Source: an uncultured Collinsella sp.
GTDB taxonomy: Bacteria > Actinomycetota > Coriobacteriia > Coriobacteriales > Coriobacteriaceae
NCBI GenBank assembly: GCA_905208535.1
Contig: CAJLPI010000004.1
Location: 65,159 to 129,158, forward strand
Reading direction: 5' to 3'
Length of the DNA stretch: 64,000 nucleotides
Below are positions 56,977-64,000 of this stretch, piece by piece. A model generated the notes under the pieces. The model searched no databases. It was not told the origin of the DNA and saw only the letters and a program-made list of their open reading frames with translations. A program made the position numbers and the translations under genes. The number at the start of each line of letters is the position of its first letter. The first letter of the stretch is position 1.

Positions 56977-59406
56977 CTATTTAATCAGAACAACCGATTG
57001 CCGAACCTCTCCTTTGTTCGCATTGTTAAAGCAGGGTCCGATTAAATTCCCAGGCAGAATTTGATGCCACATTTCATTGTCATGCGGATTATCTCCCCAG
57101 AAGAACCCAATATGACAGTCGATTGATCCGTCAGTCTTAAAGAAGATAATATCTCCCTTTTGAGCATAACCACTATTTAGCATATCTTGGACAGTACGGA
57201 ACTCATACATTTTGCATCCCAAATCTCGAGCATAGCCATACCATCTCCAAGCGTTAATATAGCCGCCACCGCCTGGCCCCCCAGCCCAAGGAGAGTGATT
57301 ATTATTCTGCGCAATACGATTGACATCGCCACCAACCGCAGCATAAGCATGAGCCACGAAGCCAGTGCAATTCATGCCAGTATAGCCATCCCATCTCGGG
57401 GCACCTTTTGGGTAAAGGCAACTATCATAGGAGAAGCCACCGGAATATCTCGTTCCTAAATAATAGCCATCAAATTGATGCGACGTAAGCCAAGTGACGA
57501 GTCCAATACGACTAACCCCCAAAACCGTTGAGCTGCCAAATGGACTGTAGTAAATCTGAGTCGACTTCGACTGGAGAGTGCCATCAGGAAGCAAGACATC
57601 GCAGTAAAGATCGTAATAACCATCTTGCAATCCAAGTGCAGAGGGATTGAAATAAGCGTCATTCACACTGGAAAATTCTTTTAGAACACCCCATTTACTC
57701 CAGTCGGACTTGGCCCAAACAAATTTAAACTGAAATTGCCCAGATTTTTCAGCTGCAAGCGTTCCCAAATCAGCTCGAACTCCCCAAGAATTATTGCCAT
57801 CAGTCGAAATTGCAGTAATCCTCGAGAAATCCCAACAGCTAATGATTGTTCTTTTTGTTTGGACAACTCCATCTGACCCCGAAACGTCACAGATCAATTC
57901 ATAGTCTCCGGCGTCTTTTGGATCCCATTGCAAGTGTGAACTTGTGCCCTGTTGAGCAACGCCCCAGTCAGCCCAATTATTCTTATTCCAGACGAACTTA
58001 TACTGTAAGTAATTAGTATCACCCGAGCATCTGGCATCGATCTCAGTGCTTTCATTAGGCCTGACAAGCGTTGCAGAAGAACTCAAGGACTCGTAATTCC
58101 ACTTCTCGGAGCCAATCGAGCATTCAGTCTTCGAGGTCATCGTCTGATCGTTGGCCTCATCAATAACATCAACAAAAACGGTGACAGCGCCAGATTTATC
58201 GACTCTCCAGTCAATTGAGGATTTACCTCTGCCGGAGTCAATCACACCCCATTCAGCCCAGTTGTTCCGCATCCAAACATATTTGTATGAAATCTGATTA
58301 TTCTTTCGGATGGTAATCCGAGGTGTAATTGAAAGCGTATCCCCTACGCACAAATTGGATGAATCAGATTTCAAATCTATTGAAGTGAAGTTAGATAGAT
58401 TTCTCTCCACCCTGACGGGGAACCTCCAGGTCCTCACGTTGCCGGCCGAATCGACGGCGTCGACCAAGATGTTGACGTCGCCGGCGACCTCCGGCACCCA
58501 ATCGCAGGAGGCCTCGGGCCCGAGCTGGCGGATGGTGCCCCACCTGGACCAGCCGCCCTGCTCCCAGACGAACTTATAGCGGACCGAGCCCGAGTTGCCG
58601 GACGCGGTCAGGCCGAGCGAGCAGCGGTCGCCCAGGAGAGGAGACCCTCCATCGGACGCCTTTGCCGAGAGGCCGTCGACAGAGTAGTCCTCTGAGATGC
58701 GAACGGGGAGTCTTGACGTCGACGTGAGCCCGCCGACCGTGACGTCGGCATAGAGAGTATAGGAGCCGGAAGACGGGGGCGTCCAGGTACAGGCGGCGGA
58801 CTCAGATGCTGCCTGGATGACGCCCCACTTGGACCATGAGCCCCGTTCCCAAAGGAATTTAATCTTTGCGCCGGGAGCCGCCGCGGCGGAGATATTGACC
58901 TTCATTCCGCCGCTCCACTCGAGCGTATCCCCGCCGCTCACGGAAAGGCGACAGGCATCCACCCTGACGGGGAACCTCCAGGTCCTCACGTTGCCGGCCG
59001 AATCGACGGCGTCGACCAAGATGTTGACGTCGCCGGCGACCTCCGGCACCCAATCGCAGGAGGCCTCGGGCCCGAGCTGGCGGATGGTGCCCCACCTGGA
59101 CCAGCCGCCCTGCTCCCAGACGAACTTATAGCGGACCGAGCCCGAGTTGCCGGACGCGGTCAGGCCGAGCGAGCAGCGGTCGCCCAGGAGAGGAGACCCT
59201 CCATCGGACGCCTTTGCCGAGAGGCCGTCGACAGAGTAGTCCTCTGAAACCGGCGAAGTTGCACTTAAATCATCGGCCCGTGTTGAATCTTCAATCTGTG
59301 ATGGAGACAGGCCCGCTTCACTCAAACCAAAGCAAGGAGTTACGGCCAAACAGAAATAAAAGAAGAAAAAAGCGACACGGACAGCCTTACTTCTAAAGAA
59401 ATGCAT
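56977..59406 (-). CDS. secreted cell-wall hydrolase: six Ig-like (Y-K-F-V-W...W-G) repeats + C-terminal NlpC/P60- or CHAP-like cysteine peptidase
   Basis: I place the start at MHFFRSKAV (RBS ggggagg) with a signal peptide. Repeats show the pattern (Y/F)K(F/Y)(V/L)W-x(3-4)-W-x-x-WG. The C-terminus has NCTGFVAHAY (Cys) and DCHIGFFWG (His). Confidence 0.75.
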   Translation of the reverse strand: MHFFRSKAVRVAFFFFYFCLAVTPCFGLSEAGLSPSQIEDSTRADDLSATSPVSEDYSVDGLSAKASDGGSPLLGDRCSLGLTASGNSGSVRYKFVWEQGGWSRWGTIRQLGPEASCDWVPEVAGDVNILVDAVDSAGNVRTWRFPVRVDACRLSVSGGDTLEWSGGMKVNISAAAAPGAKIKFLWERGSWSKWGVIQAASESAACTWTPPSSGSYTLYADVTVGGLTSTSRLPVRISEDYSVDGLSAKASDGGSPLLGDRCSLGLTASGNSGSVRYKFVWEQGGWSRWGTIRQLGPEASCDWVPEVAGDVNILVDAVDSAGNVRTWRFPVRVERNLSNFTSIDLKSDSSNLCVGDTLSITPRITIRKNNQISYKYVWMRNNWAEWGVIDSGRGKSSIDWRVDKSGAVTVFVDVIDEANDQTMTSKTECSIGSEKWNYESLSSSATLVRPNESTEIDARCSGDTNYLQYKFVWNKNNWADWGVAQQGTSSHLQWDPKDAGDYELICDVSGSDGVVQTKRTIISCWDFSRITAISTDGNNSWGVRADLGTLAAEKSGQFQFKFVWAKSDWSKWGVLKEFSSVNDAYFNPSALGLQDGYYDLYCDVLLPDGTLQSKSTQIYYSPFGSSTVLGVSRIGLVTWLTSHQFDGYYLGTRYSGGFSYDSCLYPKGAPRWDGYTGMNCTGFVAHAYAAVGGDVNRIAQNNNHSPWAGGPGGGGYINAWRWYGYARDLGCKMYEFRTVQDMLNSGYAQKGDIIFFKTDGSIDCHIGFFWGDNPHDNEMWHQILPGNLIGPCFNNANKGEVRQSVVLIK
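58406..58695. repeat. 290-bp intragenic repeat, copy A (identical to 58958..59247)
   Basis: The ORF track gives the same alternate-frame peptide STLTGNLQVLTLPAES...PPCSQTNL at both places (ends 58579 and 59131, offset 552). DNA identity checked by eye. Confidence 0.9.
58958..59247. repeat. 290-bp intragenic repeat, copy B
   Basis: As above. It encodes a second identical SEDYSVDGLSAKASDGG...TWRFPVRV domain. Confidence 0.9.
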
Positions 59407-59533
59407 ATAGAACCTCCCCGATAGTTCACTCCAACATAATATTGCTAGCAAGTAACAATTTAAGGCCAAGATTTACCATACAAGTAAGGTCGACTACAAC
59501 CAGCGCAGTCGACCTAGAGAATTCATATTGATA

Positions 59534-62194
59534 TTAGCCAATTAAAGAAATAATGCGCGCAATATTCTGACCATACGTGTCACCCGGAACAGCCCAGCGG
59601 CCATTTAAATCTTCCAAATATGGCGCAACTCCGAGAAAACCCTTAGACTGAAGGACTTCATATCGAGGATCCACACAAGTGTTATTCAACGCCGCACCAG
59701 TAGCATATCCTTTAAGATGCTGGACTTGGGCAAGCAAGCCCTGATATACATCGTCAAATCTAGCGCCTCCCGATTGTTGATTGACGGCGCCCAGTCCGGC
59801 GAAATTGCACTGATTCGGCTTTACGGAACCTCCAAATTGCAACCATCCAGTCTCAAGCATAGCCTGAGCAAAAACAACTTCCGGACGAACCCCTTCAGAA
59901 ACAGCGGCTTCGACAATTAATGAACAAAAATCACGAATAGTAGGTGCTCCCTTTGAAACAAATTCGTCTGAGGGATATGTATGTCCTGTTGATTCATATA
60001 AGTTCACCATAGCATCAACTGAAGTCTGCAGACTTCCCATAATTGGAGTACCCTCCACCGTGACCTTGCGGGTCAGGTGCCTCTCGGCGGAGCCGTCGAT
60101 CACGTCGAGGTAGACGGTGTACTCGCCCGGCTCGGTCGGGGTCCACTCGCAGGAGGAGGAAGCGGAGGGCTGCTGGGCGACGCCCCACTTGGCCCAGCCG
60201 CCCTTCTCCCAGACGAACTTGTACTTGAGGCCGGAGGCGTCGCCGGACACCTTGGCCTGCAGCTTGACCGGCTTGCCGCAGCGGGCGTCGCCCGAGACTT
60301 CGAGCGACTCGACGGAGTAGCGCTCGCCGACCGTGACCTTGCGGGTCAGGTGCCTCTCGGCGGAGCCGTCGATCACGTCGAGGTAGACGGTGTACTCGCC
60401 CGGCTCGGTCGGGGTCCACTCGCAGGAGGAGGAAGCGGAGGGCTGCTGGGCGACGCCCCACTTGGCCCAGCCGCCCTTCTCCCAGACGAACTTGTACTTG
60501 AGGCCGGAGGCGTCGCCGGACACCTTGGCCTGCAGCTTGACCGGCTTGCCGCAGCGGGCGTCGCCCGAGACTTCGAGCGACTCAAGAGACCAATTAACAA
60601 CTTTGTATTTAGAAGTGCTAGTCACATACCCATTGGAGTCAATGACATCAGCATAGATCTCATATTCACCAGCCTGGGGCAGGGTCCAAGAAATCGACGG
60701 CGAAGTTAAGTCTTGACCGATTACACCCCAATTGGAATCACTCCAATCAGACCCAGCCCTATGCCAAACAAACTTATATCTAAGGCCATCAGTCTTGCCG
60801 CTAACATTTACACCGATTTTTACCGTTGACCCCGCATGCCCCAGTTCTTCCGAGAAGGAAATTCCATTGACGGAGTAGGGATGCGGGAACTGCGCGATGA
60901 TTGCGGCAGCGTCAGCCTCGCCAAGACGGCGGCAACCATCGTCCGAGAAATAGTTGACCACATCACCGTAATTCGAGATAAAGCCATGTTCGATAAGAAT
61001 ACCTGGAATTCCCTGCTCGCGAGCGCAGCGGATAACGGCGAACTCGTCGCCTACCTCCATTTGAAATACGCCGCGGCATGTTAGTCCCATAGCAGCAAGG
61101 TTGTTCATGACCTTGTTGGCAAGCTCAACAGAGACCTGCGTGTAGTCGGTGCCATTTGCGGTAGGAGCATAAACTTCTGCGCCGTGAGCTCCAGAAGACC
61201 CAGAGTTGATATGAAAGCTAACAAAGGCCTGCGCGCCCTGATCAATGCAGCGCTGTACGCGATAAAGATAATCATTGCTGGGATAGTAGCCAGACTGCTC
61301 GCGCGCAAGAACGATCTTAAAGCCGTAAGCTTCAAGTTTATTTTTGCAGGCTGTCATGATCTTCCAGGTAAGGTCGGCTTCACTCTTGCCATTTCCCTGC
61401 GCGCCGGAATCAACTCCGCCATGACCGGCATCAAGTGCAATCACCCCAACATTGCGCGCGGAGCGCTCAGCGTAGGTAGATATGCCATCAGGCGAATCAG
61501 CGCATTCCAATGCCTGTTGAATCGACTGGGCCTCAACGGCATTACCATCGCCGTCCGCATAGTAAACAGAAGTGCCCTCGGAGCTCACGGAGCTATCAAC
61601 AACCGTAAACGAATAATTCCTGTCAGAGAGATCCACTACATGTTCAGTGCCATCACCCTGCAAAACGTAGGTTATCGAAGTCAAAAAATAAGTATTGGAT
61701 TTCAACGTCGAGCCAAATACAAAAGCAGCCGAATTACCAGCTAATTCAGATGCAACCGTGGTTCCCTGTACTCCATTGGCACTTACATAGTTAAGCATTG
61801 CGGAAGCAAGGGTGTCGCCGTCATCGGGAGTAGCAAAGGCGACAACTTGATCAGTCCCGCCGGGAAGACTCGGGTAGGCAAGATATACATATTGGAAAGA
61901 GGAATCGACCGGTTCAGCCTGCTGATGGTTCTCAGATACATCAACGCCAAAATCCTCATCAGCCAATTCGTCAACGTTCGTTGCCGGCGATGAATCCTCA
62001 GCAGCGTCGACATCGACAGAACCCGCATCACGCGAGGCCACGCCATCATCGTCTGCAGTCGCAACGTCCACGGCAGCGTCCGCAGACGGGACGTTGCTCA
62101 CAGCGTAGACAGCAGTCACAGGACCTATCAAGGGTGAAATGGCCAAAAGACCAGCAAGAGAAAAAGCTGTTGAGGCACGCAATGCCTTTTTCAT
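59534..62194 (-). CDS. secreted bifunctional autolysin: N-acetylmuramoyl-L-alanine amidase + three Ig-like repeats + C-terminal N-acetylglucosaminidase
   Basis: 886 aa with a signal peptide. Amidase_3 (ALDAGHGGVDSGAQGNG...FVSFHINSG...GAEVY). Repeats YKFVW..W..WGV. C-terminal glucosaminidase (FAQAMLETGWLQFGG...NFAGLGA). Confidence 0.85.
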   Translation of the reverse strand: MKKALRASTAFSLAGLLAISPLIGPVTAVYAVSNVPSADAAVDVATADDDGVASRDAGSVDVDAAEDSSPATNVDELADEDFGVDVSENHQQAEPVDSSFQYVYLAYPSLPGGTDQVVAFATPDDGDTLASAMLNYVSANGVQGTTVASELAGNSAAFVFGSTLKSNTYFLTSITYVLQGDGTEHVVDLSDRNYSFTVVDSSVSSEGTSVYYADGDGNAVEAQSIQQALECADSPDGISTYAERSARNVGVIALDAGHGGVDSGAQGNGKSEADLTWKIMTACKNKLEAYGFKIVLAREQSGYYPSNDYLYRVQRCIDQGAQAFVSFHINSGSSGAHGAEVYAPTANGTDYTQVSVELANKVMNNLAAMGLTCRGVFQMEVGDEFAVIRCAREQGIPGILIEHGFISNYGDVVNYFSDDGCRRLGEADAAAIIAQFPHPYSVNGISFSEELGHAGSTVKIGVNVSGKTDGLRYKFVWHRAGSDWSDSNWGVIGQDLTSPSISWTLPQAGEYEIYADVIDSNGYVTSTSKYKVVNWSLESLEVSGDARCGKPVKLQAKVSGDASGLKYKFVWEKGGWAKWGVAQQPSASSSCEWTPTEPGEYTVYLDVIDGSAERHLTRKVTVGERYSVESLEVSGDARCGKPVKLQAKVSGDASGLKYKFVWEKGGWAKWGVAQQPSASSSCEWTPTEPGEYTVYLDVIDGSAERHLTRKVTVEGTPIMGSLQTSVDAMVNLYESTGHTYPSDEFVSKGAPTIRDFCSLIVEAAVSEGVRPEVVFAQAMLETGWLQFGGSVKPNQCNFAGLGAVNQQSGGARFDDVYQGLLAQVQHLKGYATGAALNNTCVDPRYEVLQSKGFLGVAPYLEDLNGRWAVPGDTYGQNIARIISLIG
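60057..60583. repeat. tandem duplication, period 273 bp (two identical ~254-bp cores)
   Basis: The ORF track shows the identical alternate-frame peptide MYSPGSVGVHSQEEEAEG... at 60117 and 60390. The encoded domain ESLEVSGDARCGKPV...HLTRKVTV occurs twice verbatim. Confidence 0.9.
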
Positions 62195-63292
62195 ATCGAA
62201 TCCCCCGTCACAAATAATGTTACTAAGAGAAGATTATCTTACAATCCCCTCTGCATCGGAAGTCCAGTTATTCGAAGCGCGGGAATTGTTATAAAGGCAG
62301 ACAGAAACCTGCTCTTATAAAAAGCAGGTTACATTCTCAGCAAACTTTTGTTTTTTCGTCCTTCCATGGACACAGTGTTAGCTCTAGTTTTTGAAGCAAT
62401 TGGCAGCGCCCCAAACAGCGCAAGTGCAAGTGACACGAAAATCCACTGAAACACGCAATTCGTTTAAGCACGTGGCGGACGACGAAAGCATGTACACAGC
62501 CGCGAAATACAGCAAAATGCCCCAATGTTTCGCTTGCATCAGAGGCGTCTGGGGCTTCATCGACAGTGAAACCTGGCTAACGCATTCAAGAAAAGCAGAG
62601 CGTGATCTTCATGAATCAAACACCAGTAAGCAACGCTCGCACGCGTCTTTGAATCTTCTAATGAGCAGAAGAGAGGGATCTAGGAGAGACCTAATAGTTC
62701 TTGGAATCTGGGAATCATCGAACTCACCATCTTTAAACAAGAGAGAATCATATAGCTTCTTATCGTACCGTCTCGAAAAGATATGAGTGACCAGATGCAC
62801 ATCGTGGGCCTTTGAAAAACAATCTTCGTCCCTTAAAGATTCAGCAATATAACAACCGTCCCAATCAAAAAAGCCGAGATAACCCCGGCTGATAATCAAA
62901 GAGGCGGTTTTCTGCTGGCTGTCAGCCGCGGCATCCTCACGGAAACCTAGTTGTCGCCGGAATTATAGTCCCCGGCGCGGACTCACCTTATCTCCCCGGT
63001 GCGGGCTCGATATCCTCTCGGATATCTAATCGTCTTGGACTTTTTACCTGCCCAAGCACACTACAGCTTTTACGTGCCGCCACACGAAGCTTAGCTCGTG
63101 GACTATTTTCTAAAATATAGGCCTTCAAAGCAACTTGGGTTCAAGCACGGACAAACAAAACAGGCACTGAATACAAGACTTGTTTATCAATAGTTATCAA
63201 TCACATGCGTTACCAGCAAATATCGTAAGTCTCATACGCTGCGATACAATCAATCTTACCAAATGCTAAACCAGTAAGTCGAAGGGGCCAGC

Positions 63293-63742
63293 GTGCCAAC
63301 AATTCACTATGGTGATATGGAAAACGTTATCTATAATACGTCGGTTTACTTCGATAACGTCTATTCGCCCGAATGGTTTCAAGATGCTTTTGCGCAGAGA
63401 ATTATTAAATCCATTAATAAGGGCGGCGTGGTTGGACCCGGCGCAATAAACACCAAGATCTTAGGCATCATCCCTCCTGAAAGGCTGTCGGGAGGCACCA
63501 AGACGCTGCTGCTCATGCACTTCATGCCTCAGAACATATACAACGCCACAACCTGTGGCGACAATTGCGCTTACTGGATTCTGAGAATCGCCGCACAGCA
63601 TGATCTGACAATCAACCTCTACCATCTGATGGATTCTGGAAACGGCAAGTTCACGGCAACCGTTGCAAACACGGGTGATGTCGTTCACACGATGTTCGAC
63701 CTTGTCCCTATAGCCGCAAAATGCCTAAGGGAGAACTCCTGA
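63293..63742 (+). CDS. module copy 3, small subunit (orphan): Walker-A-less ABC-half-like protein
   Basis: 149 aa, GTG start after gaagggg. IHYGDMENVIYNTSVYFDNVY, LSGGTKTLLL, IYNATTCGDNCAYW and INLYHLM. Confidence 0.75.
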   Translation: MPTIHYGDMENVIYNTSVYFDNVYSPEWFQDAFAQRIIKSINKGGVVGPGAINTKILGIIPPERLSGGTKTLLLMHFMPQNIYNATTCGDNCAYWILRIAAQHDLTINLYHLMDSGNGKFTATVANTGDVVHTMFDLVPIAAKCLRENS

Positions 63743-63743
63743 C

Positions 63744-63851
63744 GCACGTTTTCGATATGATAAGAGCCGCTTGAACGAGGAGTACTTGAACCCCACCGCT
63801 CTTGCAGCTCTTGAGGATACTTTGCCGGAACTTGGCATTACTTCGCACTAA
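63744..63851 (+). pseudogene. remnant (last ~35 codons) of the module large subunit
   Basis: My translation ARFRYDKSRLNEEYLNPTALAALEDTLPELGITSH* aligns with the C-termini of copy 1 (YVYRKARLNEQYLKPQAMDAVASVLPECL) and copy 2 (FRYDK). It begins 1 nt after the small-gene stop. Confidence 0.7.
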
Positions 63852-64000
63852 AGCGAGAAGTACTCGCTCTCGGCAGATAGGTTCGGCCCCAACCGATCGC
63901 GTCGAAAATGTTGGTGTAAGGGTGGCTCCCCAGCGTCCGTTTAACGAAGAGCGGCCTTCGTCCTAGAATCTGAAATCACCACAACAACAGGTTCTGGGAA

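Noticed and set aside
58406-60583. Regularly spaced identical repeats that could suggest a CRISPR array or satellite.
   Set aside because: The units are 254-290 bp, lie in frame inside two long protein-coding genes and encode whole Ig-like domains. There are no short repeat/spacer units and no cas genes.
56977-62194. The two peptidoglycan hydrolases as a prophage lysis cassette.
   Set aside because: There are no holin, portal, terminase, capsid, tail or integrase genes nearby. Both proteins have Sec-type signal peptides and multi-repeat wall-binding regions typical of cellular autolysins.
62391-62786. 131-aa plus-strand ORF and the 62-aa minus-strand ORF at 62337..62525.
   Set aside because: They have no motifs, poor start context and overlap each other and the antisense remnant ORF. 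The region looks degraded.

Overview
The window is high-GC Gram-positive chromosome, and by gene content and composition I guess Actinomycetota, Coriobacteriia/Collinsella-like (a guess only). It has two parts.

**Core (1-27.9 kb, about 60-70% G+C by eye)**
- One long minus-strand run: yqeK (partial), nadD, obg, rpmA, rplU, a TIGR03960/TIGR03936-type radical-SAM pair, an unknown gene, rodA, PBP2, mreD, mreC, mreB, a TPR protein, a cyclophilin, a zinc-ribbon membrane protein, a P-type ATPase and tRNA-Arg(CCG).
- A plus-strand aromatic amino-acid operon follows: DAHP synthase, tyrA, aroB, aroA, aroC, pheA, an aroE-aroK fusion and aroQ.

**Accessory cell-envelope island (27.9-64 kb, compositionally mosaic)**
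- It carries acyltransferases and tRNA-Arg(UCU).
- It carries a TagGH/Wzm-Wzt-like ABC exporter.
- It carries two GtrB/CsbB-like GT2 genes plus YfhO.
- It carries very GC-rich dTDP-rhamnose genes (rfbA, rfbB, an rfbC-rfbD fusion).
- It carries a low-GC glycosyltransferase/flippase block.
- It carries two large secreted peptidoglycan hydrolases with Ig-like repeats.

**Main finding**
A two-gene module occurs three times as diverged paralogues, at 28020-29467 (+), 39535-40962 (-) and 63293-63851 (+).
- The first gene encodes a ~150-aa protein that reads like the C-terminal half of an ABC ATPase: LSGG signature, degenerate Walker B and an H-loop His, with no Walker A.
- The second encodes a ~330-aa protein with a minimal Walker A/B P-loop fused to a Toprim/DUF4435-like domain.
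- Copy 2 sits inside the rhamnose operon. Copy 3 has lost almost all of the large gene.
- I propose it is an undescribed mini-OLD/PARIS-like defence or toxin-antitoxin-like system. This rests on motif reading only.

**Other notes**
- A pyruvyl transferase carries an in-frame TGA.
- A 40-bp perfect palindrome sits in a GC-rich non-coding insert.
- Two hydrolase genes contain identical intragenic repeats and mixed GC content.
- No rRNA, CRISPR array, transposase or integrase was seen.
- Hairpin and repeat coordinates are hand-indexed and may be off by a few nt.
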